Shown: positions 24,301 through 34,522 of the stretch, piece by piece | Layout of the letters: the number at the start of each line of letters is the position of its first letter | Numbering within the stretch: the stretch's first letter is position 1 | NCBI GenBank assembly: GCA_030704615.1 | Contig: CM060732.1 | Span: forward strand, 3,720,001 to 3,784,000 | Source of the DNA: Takakia lepidozioides | Taxonomy: Eukaryota; Plantae; Bryophyta | Direction: 5' to 3' | Length of the DNA: 64,000 bases | Translations under genes and position numbers: made by a program | Notes under the pieces: generated by a model | Database searches by the model: none | What the model saw: only the letters and a program-made list of their open reading frames with translations | What the model was told of the DNA's origin: nothing

Positions 24301-27265
24301 GAAAATGGCACCGAATTTCCAGTCAGGGCTCCGAAAATGGCTAAGTCCCTAGGGTGGCTGGCCCTGAACTGGAAATTCGGCGCCATTTTTCCAGTTCTGG
24401 GCCCTATTGCCCTTGTGGGACTTAGCCATTTTCGGGCCGGACCTGGGAAAATGGCGCCGAATTTCCAGTCAGGGCTCCGAAAATGGCTAAGTCCCTAGGG
24501 TGGCTGGCCCTGAACTGGAAATTCGGCGCCATTTTTCCAATTCTGGGCCCTATTGCCCTTGTGGGACTTAGCCATTTTCGGGCCGGACCTGGGAAAATGG
24601 CGCCGAATTTCCAGTCAGGGCTCCGAAAATGGCTAAGTCCCTAGGGTGGCTGGCCCTGAACTGGAAATTCGGCGCCATTTTTCCATTTCTAGGCCCTATT
24701 GCCGTTCTGGGACTTCGCCATCTTCGGGCCAAACCGGGAAAAATGGCGCCGAATTTCCAGTTCAGGGCTCCCAAGATGGCTAAGTCCCTAGGGTGGCAGT
24801 CACCGAAAACCGATATTCGGCGCCATTTTTCCATTTCTAGGCCCACTCAGATCCGCCCCAACCTGGGAAAATGGTGCCAAATTTGCAGTTCAGGGACCTC
24901 ATTGTGTTTTTCATGAATGCAGGTACTGCAAGTTCTCCCTTTTGGAGAAAGGTCATCTGTCTTTCGAGCCACCATTCTTCCTGGCATGGAGGAACCTTGG
25001 GGCTGACTCCATGTACACTGACGATATTGTGAAGGAGTGGCATCTGGAACATTTGCGTGATTGCCCTTGGTATGTGGACCTTCCGCCTGGCATGCTCGAC
25101 CCATCCGAGTTTCAATTGAAGCTGGATGCTGAGGCCCGACGAAACCGGGCTCCGCTGCCTCCGCTGGGTGCAAAAGAGGCAAAAGCGCTTGCGAACTCCA
25201 GGAAAGCGGCAGAGCTTGCTCAGGCAGGAATTCAGGAGAAATTGAATGAGAAGAGTAAAGGCCAAAGGAAAAGGACAAGGAAACAGGTGAATGCAGTAAC
25301 ACCCAAAAAACAGAAAACCATCGGGGCATCGGAGCAGACGCAGGAGGGGACCCAAGAGAGTGACTCGGACGACGACTTTGTTCAAGGTCCTGCGACTGCT
25401 GTTGCTGCTACCCAGTCACCGGTCGTCCGGGTTCCCAAGTCAGTTCGGAGTGGAACTGGCTCTGCCAAGAAGTTGGCATTTGAGGGCGAGCCTACACGGC
25501 GGTATTCGGCGGTGACGTTTACGCACAGGCCAAAGCTAGAACCTCCAACCATCATCCAATGCGTCAATGAGAGCTTCCTTGACGCTCTCGCTGCCAGGGC
25601 GAAGAAGGTGGCACACAGCAAGTCTCTGGCGGAGCAGAAGGGGAAAACCAAGAAGAGGGCTGCCGGTACAGAGCCTAAAGACACCCCTGGTTTTGAAGCC
25701 ATGATGGAATTCTTCACGGCTGTGAGCACGGATTGCAAGAGCACTCGGGGGGGGGTTTGAGGTGGAGAGAGCTTGCGACATGATTCTCCTCGACATTCCA
25801 GATGGGGAGCTGCTGAGGGCCTGGATGGTGTGCCCACCTGGAACAGGTTTACTGAGGACTACTGGAAAGCCGGGTTTGGGCTGGCGGGGATGCTTCTGGA
25901 TGACGGTGGATGTGTGGTTGTCCTTGCCACAAGAGGGAAGACCACAGAGAATGCGGTGGCAAGGTGGACACCGAAAAGTGTCACCCCAGTCCTCCTCAGA
26001 AAATGGTTCTGCATCAATACACAGGGGTTGCGAACAGAGGGCCAAAGTGTAAGTTATCAATCTATTGCATTCACCTCATATTGTGGTATATCTAAACAAG
26101 ATCCCGGAGTTGATCCCTATTTTGTTGGATGTGCAGACATTGGTGTTTGAGGCATATTGCTTTGTGAAGAGAGGGTCTACGTTCAAATTCCGCAACGACG
26201 GTCGTCTTGTTGATGCCACTGTGGACCCTGTTACCTACGATGTCCTCTACAACTATGTGCCCCACTCCAGTATGCCGAAGGACACAAAGACAGGCAAACC
26301 GTGGCGGTACAGCCGGACCCAGAGCCCTGCTTTCATCCAAACCCTCATGGAGACGTGCTCGGATGTCTAAGGGCGGATTCTGGACCTCACATGCGGCACG
26401 GGTAAGCCTTCACGTGCTTAGTTTGTCCCCTGGCCCGATTGCAATTGCATGCCGCAAGCTATTAACCGCCCGCTTTGTTCCTCAGGTGCTTCAATGTGGG
26501 CAGGGACGTTGTCCGACAGGCATGTGTTCGCCTTCGAGCCAGATGCTGCCCTCCACAACTCGGAACTTGCAGCGGCTGAACGTTTGCCGAAAGAGGAAGA
26601 GGCATCCTCGGAGGATGAGGAAAAATCCGAGAAGGAGCAGGGGGAGGAACAAGTTGGGATCAAGGCCGAGGAGCCCCCGGTGTACGAGTGAGTGGTCGCA
26701 TTGTAAGTTGCCTCCAGATTTCGTGGGGCACCTCCCTTCGCTCTCTTATTACCCTTTCTGCTTCTGCTGGTATTGACATTCTTGAAGTGGATTTGTTCTT
26801 ACTGTAGGATGCCAAGTATGGCAGGAGGGACGTCTACACCGGAGTTCATGGGCAGGAGGAACGTGCCTTTTTTTGCCAGGGGGATTTCATGCCTAGTCCA
26901 GAAAGGGACTACATCCTTCCTACTTATGCTGCCCAGTTTGCTTCGGTGTCCATTAGGAGGTGTTCCGAACCCAGTCGTGTACAGCAGATTTTAGACGAGG
27001 CAAGCCTCAAGAAAATGAAGATGAGGGAGGAGGCAGCAGCTATTAGAGCCCGTCGGGCTCGTAGATTTGTGTTGGATTCTGCTGAGGAAAGTGGGGCAGA
27101 AGAGGCAAAAGATTCCCAGGAGGTGAGGTGGACAGTCCCCCAAGGAGAGGACGGCATTTTTGAGAGGCATACTGCAACCGATGCATCACAGAGCTCGGAG
27201 GATGGGGGGATGAGGGGGATGAGGAAGAAGGAGGGCCAAGTTCCTCGGAAGGTGTAGGAGAGTAG
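21365..27265 (+). pseudogene. Transposon cargo gene, copy 2: ParB/Srx-like + beta-class amino-methyltransferase-like fusion
   Basis: ORF 22308-22787 (..LVSLQVVRPAL..FYVWDDNHRL..), linker ORF 24942-25760, then CDMILLDIPD..VPTWN. Introns GQS|GTAAGT..CAG|TLVFE, TCGT-G|GTAAGC..CAG|ASMWAG and YE|GTGAGT..TAG|MPS all phase correctly. Premature stops at 22976 and 26368. Confidence 0.75.
24036..24880. repeat. 146-bp tandem repeat, inverted counterpart of 8930-9770
   Basis: Repeated GGGCTCCGAAAATGGCTAAGTCCCTAGGGTGGCTGGCCCTGAACTGGAAATTCGGCGCC units. Confidence 0.9.
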
Positions 27266-27485
27266 TTCCCATTCCTGCTATGACAGTTAGGACACACTTG
27301 TATAGACGTGGCTTGCCACCAAATTTGCAATAAAATGTTGCATTTCATTGCTATGACGAGTCCACATGACCCTATTTCCGTGCCTCCTAACCCTATTTCC
27401 GTGGACACAATTCGGCCCGCTCATGTTTTTTTTTTTCCGCTCATGCTCATGCCGCTCATGAAATAGCAGCCCCCCTTTCACTCGC

Positions 27486-29353
27486 ATGAGGCGCTTGATA
27501 AATGTAACCCAAGGGGTTACATAGGCTCAGGCAATCCAGTTCTGGTACGGGATATTGGACAAAAAGCTGAGGAGAAGGGTGTGGGATGCAACTCTCATAC
27601 AAGTGGCCCAACCCACCTTAGCGAATGTGTTTTTGCTGGCAGAGCGGATAGAGCTCAACATGGTGGAGGAACGAGTGGTCATGGTGGGATTTGCTAAGGA
27701 GGCACCACGGGGTAGTGGTGCTCCTACCCAGCCACTACCTCAACGTACTCAAGGCAACAATGGGGCTCAGGTGAAGCCCAGGGAAGGATAGAGAGGACCT
27801 CAGATGCAGGGGTCTCTCCCTTCATTTGTAAGCCAACAACGGGCGGATGTGGTGTGCTGGACATGTGGAGGACCTCATGTCAAGAAGGATTGCCCAGAGG
27901 GAGGTAATGGTTTGGCACCGGCACAGTTGCAGTGTGGGCATTATGGCAAGTACGGGCATGGAGAGGCCCAGTGCTATGGTTTGCATCCTGAGTTGCGCCC
28001 AGGCCAGTTCCAAGGGAACAATGGTGGCCGGGGGCGAGGTGGAGCAGCCCAGAGAGGACGAGGTGGCCAAGGGCAAGCTCAACATGGCCAGGGACGCAGA
28101 GGTCAGGGTGGTAACCAAGGCATGGCCAATCGGCTTCAGCAGCTAGAGCAGAGGCTCGCTCCATGGCCACAACTCAGGTGGTACCGGCTCCAAGGCCGGA
28201 TGGTCCACCTCCTGCTCCTGAGGGAGGAGACATGGGAGGCATGGGATTCTTGTGCGGGGCAGCACTACCACTAGTGAGGGATGCTACTACCACTAGTGAG
28301 GGGTGCCACTACCACTACCACTGTGGGTGGGGCACCACTACCACTATGTGCGGGGCAGGACTACCACTAGTGCAAGTGGAGTCAGCTGCGGTAGTGACTC
28401 GAGGAGCAGCACGAGTTCCTGAGCCACGGGGTGCGGAGGTGGAGTTGGATCCACAGCGTGGGGAGGCAAGCCGTCGGGCCAGGCTTCCTCAGTCATTCAC
28501 ATTGGCGGAGACAGTGTCGACGCTGTCCATGGCACCTAGTTCTCGCCCGACTGTTACCGAGGCGGAGGTTACTATGCCATTGGGGAGAGCTACATAGGCA
28601 GCACCACTACCTAGTGTTGCAAAGGCTACGGCAGCTAGTGTGCTGTTGGGGACGACCACATCTGTGTATCAGGCTCCATTGTTCTTAGCTACCATGATTG
28701 CGACACCGGGGGTAAGACCAGCTGAGGTGTTCAGGCTGGCAGCGACACTCTTTGAGAGTGGGGTGGTTACTTCATCTTTTGCGGAGATAGTGGGAGGTGT
28801 AGTGTCGAAGGGATTCTCGATTGTGAGGGTCAAGACTGCCACGGTGGCGCCATGGCAAGCTGCAGCTACCAGGTTGATGGAGCTGTCAGCTAGGCCAGCC
28901 ATTGAGCGCGCCATGGTGATACCTGGAGTTGTCATGTTAGACAACCAGGATGACATTTTCTGTTTGAGTGGACCGGCAGGCAAGAGGTACCGGCCACTGC
29001 GAGTCTTGTTGGACTCGGGAGCTCAGCCATTGATGTTGGGCAGAGCTACTATTGCAAGCTTGGGCCTCACGGAGGCGGATATGGAGCCGTGCCTTTTCCA
29101 GATACAGACATCTCTGGGAGGATCAGAGCAAGCTCGGGGCATGACACGGCGTGAGTTGGCTATCCGACTACAACCGGATCATCCTACAGATGGCTTAGTG
29201 ATGAGAGCCAAGGCCATTGTGATAGACGCGGTCTCGTACGATGTCCTTGTTGGTGGGGCAGTATTGTACCCCATGGGTTTCACCCTGGATTTTTGGGAGG
29301 AGTCAGCTTCCTATAGGCCTGGATGGCAGTTAGGGGAGGGCCGGCGTGTGTAG
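27486..29353 (+). pseudogene. Gypsy gag (two CCHC-type knuckles) and aspartic protease
   Basis: CWTCGGPHVKKDC, CGHYGKYGHGEAQC and a G/R/Q-rich tract; RVLLDSGAQP..YDVLVGGAVL. Several stops and frameshifts. Confidence 0.75.
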
Positions 29354-29699
29354 CTCCCTGTGACGTTTCTTTGGAGGAGTTGCGGTTGCCCAGCGAGGCA
29401 AGATGCCAACACTGGCAGCATTCACAGCTGCAGTGACTTGGCCTTCAGAGTTGTTGGATGACAACACTCATTCAAAGGATGTGTCACCTCCGGGAGAGTA
29501 GGATGACATGCATGCATGGTTGCTCACACTCCATTGTGGGGTTCGAGCGAGGATTTGCAGCGGGTTGCTGATTGTCATATGCAACAAGCCTGGGTAGAGG
29601 CTTTTGTACCATCAGGAGAGGAGGAGAATTTGGGTATTGCACCAGGACCACCTCAGTTGTCACCATTGGACACCACACCGATTGTGTGGCAGTGTCCGG

Positions 29700-30650
29700 A
29701 TCAAGACATTTGTCTTCTGGACTTGTTTGGCAGGATCAGCACCGGGTTGGCTACTGTTCTATAGACAGGTGTATGAGTACGGCGGTACTTGTATGTGGAA
29801 AGGGATGAGACTGCACGACGCATCTCCCTACGTCATGTTGCTCAGTTGGTGCAGCAGTACCCTGAGTTGTTGCCGGTGTCTGCAGTTCGTGGATATCAAC
29901 AGGCCTTGCCAGCAGATATTTTGTTGCTGGGGGCACAGGATTTGGAGCGGGTTGGCTCCATTGATTTGGTAGTGGCAGGTTGGCCCTGCCAAGGGCATTC
30001 ATCAGCCGGGCATGGCAATGGATTGCGAGACTCGAGGTCGGGTCTGTTTTGGGAGATGGTGCGGGTTTTGCACCACTTACAGCTTCAGCAGGCTGTATCT
30101 CCAGCATACATCTTGGAGAATGTGCCACTGATGGGCGATTCTCGGGCCAGGGTGATGGCCAGTATGCATCAAGTCCGGTCGTGGCTTGAGTCAGCAGTGT
30201 TGTTGGATGCAGCTGCAGTGGGGTCACGGGCTCATCGTCCATGGTTATGGTGGACTAACTTGATGCCACCTGCACTGCTCAAGCGTGCATTTGATGGGTG
30301 CAGCGACCAACACACCTCACAGTTGATAGCAATTTGGACACAAGCAAACAGTCTCAGCGTGTGAGACACGATGACCGTTTGCCTTTGGCAGTGGTCAACA
30401 AGGTGGATCAACCATGAGCAGCACTACCTACACTGCTCAGCTTCCCAGGATCGCATGCTTTCCGGGATAGTGGACCTGGCCTGCTATGGGATGCTCAGTT
30501 GCAGCAGTTAGTGGAGCCTAATGCCAACGAGCGAGAGCGGGCTATGGGTTTTTCCACTGGGACCACGGTGGTGCCTTCTCTTTCTGAGGCATCATGTCGT
30601 CAGGTGTTGGGGCAAGCAATGGATCTAAATTGCTTGACCTAGATTATTAG
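29700..30650 (+). pseudogene. C5-cytosine DNA methyltransferase domain (DNMT3-like) embedded in Gypsy pol
   Basis: Motif I LLDLFGRISTG; II YVERD; IV IDLVVAGWPCQG; V SGLF; VI ILENV; VIII DAAAVGSRAHRPWLWWTNL; IX/X EPNANERERAMGF..RQVLGQAM. In-frame stops present. Confidence 0.9.
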
Positions 30651-31129
30651 TTTGGCTATGGCTGAGCAACGTAGAGTGCGTAGTGCACTTCCCTTGACGG
30701 TCTCTCTGCCTACCGAGACGGTACAGGCAGTGAGTGGGGGCGAGCCGGTAAGGACCACGGGAAGTAGACATCCATGGCACATGTGGGAGGTGCTCGAGGT
30801 TCAGAGGGAGTTGGCAGCCAAGGCGGCTGTGATGGATGAGGTTGGGGATTCTTCTCGGGTTGAGGAGGTCCTCAAAGATGAGATGATGGGGCAGGATGAG
30901 GCCTTGTCATTGACTGAGCAGGCAGGGATTACTACTCAAGAGGTTGCGGCATAGCAACCACGGGACGCGTCCTCCACCTCTAAGTCTGCTGGACTTAAGG
31001 TTGCAGTTACGAAGGGCAATTGGGAGCTTGACATTGGACCCATTGTCACTAGAGGAGAGAGACGACGTATACGGCGGTTCCTGAGGCTTACATGAATTGC
31101 TTTGTCTCTCGTGCTACGGTGGAGGAGCA

Positions 31130-32592
31130 TAAGAGACATGTTCAGGTTGTGCATCGACCGGGTTTGGTCAATAGGGATGCGGATGGATTGAGTCGCAATC
31201 CATGCACAAGCCAGCAGGATGACACTGGAGCTCGGTGGCATGGTGAGACGGACGAGGAGATGGTGTCAGGATGGCATGCATCTGCCTTTTTGTGTATCTT
31301 GGCATCGGGAGGTCAGGTTGGACCTACAACAGAGATGACTAAAGACGAAGTGTCTGAGGCCCCTGAGGCTAGTGATGAGCTAGGTGGTGCCAAAGATATA
31401 CATGAGGATTCGGTTGTGTTAAACTACCTCCGCACTAGAGACATGGCAGCTAGTGTGACTGCCAAGGAGAGGGATCGGATCCTACAACGAGCCAAGAGGT
31501 TCAAGTGGGAGGAGATACACCTGCTTCGAGTGTGGGAGGATGGTCGGGTGAGAATCGTGCCTCACCCAACACAACGTGCACGGTTAGTGCGGCATGCCCA
31601 TGAGGAGTTGGGGCATTTTGGAGTGCGACGCACTCATAAATTACTGCAGGGGCGGTATTGGTGGCGTGGTATGCACACAGAGATGCAACAGTTCGTGGCT
31701 AGGTGCATGGTGTGAGACAGGGTGCGTGCTTCATTCAACGCCCCTACACCACAGTTGCATCCTGTACCCATCATGGGATTGGGCTACATGTGGAGTCTTG
31801 ACTTCGCAGGGCCTTTGCCACTGACGATGCGTCACCACATATATGTGTTGGTGATGGTGGAACGCTTCTCCAAGTGGATTGAGTTGGTTCCATTACCTGA
31901 CAAGGCTAGTGAGGGGGCTGCGTATGCATTCCTGGATCGTGTGCTTAGCCGATTCGGTGCTCCAGCTGAGGTACTCACGGACCAAGGGAGAGAATTCTTG
32001 GGGGAGTTTCAGGTTTTGTGTGATAAAGCCTTGATAGACCACCCAGGGTTGCACACGTTAGTGACGTCACGTCACGTCGGGCCTGACGCGACCAACTTTA
32101 CGTCAGTTTTGCCGAAAAATCAGTAAAATATGAATTAGGTGGAAAATATGCCACGTAGGTGGACACGTTGTATTCCAGACGACACCTTGGCAAGTGAATG
32201 AATTGTTTTATAAAATACTCCATCCGCCAATATTTATAAAATCATTATTGTGAAATTGGTGCGACCTCCAAATGGTGGTGGTCGCAGAATTTATCTTATT
32301 CTTTAATAGTTGCGACCACCAGCAGAGGGGTTGTCGCAGCATTTTTGTTTTTTAAAAATAGATGCGACCACCAGCAGGGGTGGTCACATTTTTTTCTTTT
32401 CTTAAACAGTTGCGACCACCACTACAGGTGGTCGCACAATTTTTATTTTATTTGTAATAGGTGCGACCACCATCAGGGGGGTGGTCGCAACACTTTTCTA
32501 TTTTTTAATATCTGCGACCACTAGCATGGGGGTGGTCGCAGCATTTTTCAGTTTTTTTAATAGGTGCAACCACCAGCAGGGGGGTGGTCACT

Positions 32593-32630
<38 letters not shown>

Positions 32631-33700
32631 CCGCACCCAAATTTTTATTTTTTTTTAAAGTGCGACCACCCTCTGCTTGTGGTCGCACCTATTAAAAAAA
32701 ATGAAAATGCTGCGACCACCACCTGCTGGTGGTCGCACCCATTTAAAAAATAAGAAAAAATGTGCGACCACCCCCTTCTGGTGGTCGCACCTATTTTTTT
32801 TAAAACAATTTGTCCAACCAACCTTTGCTGACGGTCGCATGATTGACAATATAAATCATAATATATGAATTTTAAAGATAATAAGTCCACGTAATGAGGC
32901 CACATCGGTTGCCACGTCGGTTCTCATAGTAAATAATCAATAGTAAAGTAAAAAAATAAACATATTTATGTACAGTAACGTCCGTTTAGGACGTGACGTG
33001 ACGCACGTCCGTCACTAACATCGGACGTAACGTTGACGCGTCAACGCCACGGCATGCCCAAATTTGCAACTAGGAGACCACCGTGCTACTTCTCGGGATT
33101 ATCCTGAGGCCGATGGTTTGGCAAAGAGAGTGGTGCAGACGGTGAAGAAGGGTTTGCGCAAGTATAGCTTGCAAAAGGGACACCTAGGAGATTGGGATCT
33201 TTAGGTACCTTGGCTAGCCATGGGCTACAGGTTTAGCAAGCAAGCATCACTTACCTCATTCTCACCATATTTTCTTCTCTTTGGCCGAGAGCCAGATTTG
33301 CCTGCATCTATTCGCAGGGGGGCTACAGTAGTCCTCAACCTTGATAATCCGGATGTGTGGACACAAGCATGTGCCCAGCGGACAGAGTTGTTCAAGAGAG
33401 TCATGCCTATGGCTTTTGAGAATCTTGCTATTGCCCAACACCGAGACACATTGAGGTATGTCACTATACGTGGAGGGGGATATCGGCCAGGTGTTCGGCA
33501 TTTCCACCTTGGGGACTAAGTGTATCTGCAGCAGACAGCGCCTACGACCTTGGATGTCACAACAGGACGTGTGATTCTAACGGTCAGGGAGGTGTTGCCT
33601 TCAGGAGGGTCGAGATGGCATGGTATGGAAGGACCATGTGCGTAATTGTGTGCCATGTCACCTTCCACATGTGGATGGGAGGATAGATCCCACCCTTGCA
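31130..33700 (+). pseudogene. RNase H C-terminus and integrase, split by a MITE
   Basis: HHCC zinc-binding region, LDFAG (D), TDQG (D), ..ALIDH|insert|RATSRDYPEADGLAKRVVQTVK, FSPYFLLFGR. Confidence 0.85.
32044..33074. mobile_element. hAT-type non-autonomous element (MITE) inserted in integrase
   Basis: 8-bp TSD AGACCACC at 32036-32043 and 33075-33082. Begins CAGGGTTGCA and ends TGCAACTAGG (imperfect TIR). Internal TGCGACCACC..GGTGGTCGCA hairpin repeats. Confidence 0.85.
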
Positions 33701-33714
33701 GTGGTACTTGCAGG

Positions 33715-33865
33715 ATTGCGTTGCATGCTATGTGGGCATGCTCGTGGTGCCGCCACTATGCTGGTGTATGATCGATGCTCAAGAGGTTAGCACATGGGAT
33801 GCTTGACACCACTTCTTGAGAGGGTTCCTGATGGAGATTGGTTATGTCCACACTGCTTGGGATAG
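33715..33865 (+). pseudogene. PHD finger at the C-terminus of integrase
   Basis: LRCMLCGHARGAATMLVYDRCSRG*HMGCLTPLLERVPDGDWLCPHC fits C4HC3 spacing with the LTPL..VP.GDW.CP.C signature (one Cys appears as Tyr, one stop). Confidence 0.8.
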
Positions 33866-34125
33866 TGGCAGTGGATATGACTAGTGGCAGCTCACAAGGC
33901 ATGGGAGGCCAAGCTCATAGAAGTCAATACCCAAGATCTCAGGCTCAAGTTCACAGGTTGCAAGACGGCGACTAACGATGGGGCAACTCTTGTACCCGAC
34001 CTCTTGATCTATCGAGTTTGAGTGTAGTAGGGACAGTGGTGGAGGACTTAGTGAGGCTATGGCCACTATCACATCTTGTGGCTACCTGGACTTAGAGGGA
34101 CCTAAGCGCCAGCTAGGGGGGCGAT

Positions 34126-34458
34126 TGTGATGGACTAGTGGCTGCACTAGTGGCAGCCTAATGGTGGACTAGTGGCTGCACTAGTGGTGACTAGTGGTTG
34201 TCTAGTGGCAGCCTAGTGGTGCACTAGTGGTGGACTAGTGATAGACTAGTGTTTGGTGTACACATATGTTGTATGGTTTTGGACAGCGATGTAGTTGTGT
34301 AGCGATATATATGCGCACGACAGCTGTCAAGTTATTTTACCACTAGTGTGAAGTGAGCTAGGAAATAGCTAGCTTTTATATATTGACATTTGGGATTGAC
34401 CCAAGTGTCAATCCAGGGGCCAATATATGTTTGGGCATCGGGCGTTGTTATCTTCACG
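34126..34458 (+). repeat. 3' LTR of the DNMT-Gypsy element, preceded by a polypurine tract
   Basis: PPT-like AGGGGGG at 34115-34121, then TGTGA.. to ..TCTTCAC. Internal CTAGTGG microrepeats and TATATAT. Confidence 0.65.
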
Positions 34459-34522
34459 GCAGATCGCGGTGGGCTCATCTTTCTCAAGTTGAGCCTCACC
34501 ACGTCTAGCTATGGTGCAGTAG

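Larger units (their letters stand above)
14680..27474 (-). mobile_element. MULE-like DNA transposon, copy 2 (right arm; near full length, distal end missing)
   Basis: Ends ..GCCGCTCATGAAATAGCAGCCCCC at 27474. Contains the transposase (- strand), the palindrome array, the cargo gene (+ strand) and a distal GGCGCC array at 14690-15010. Confidence 0.85.
27476..34458 (+). mobile_element. Ty3/Gypsy LTR retrotransposon carrying a C5-DNA methyltransferase and a PHD finger; 5' truncated, RT deleted
   Basis: Order is gag Zn knuckle CWTCGGPHVKKDC, protease LLDSGA, DNMT, RNaseH C-terminus (VVHRPGLVNRDADGLSR), integrase (HEELGHFG..C, WSLDFAG, VLTDQGREF), PHD, PPT, LTR. Confidence 0.85.

Noticed and set aside
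6313-27474. Fold-back chimeric-read artefact as the explanation for the palindrome
   Set aside because: The arms differ by biologically patterned C-to-T changes and arm-specific deletions, and the centre is asymmetric. Not formally excluded without reads.
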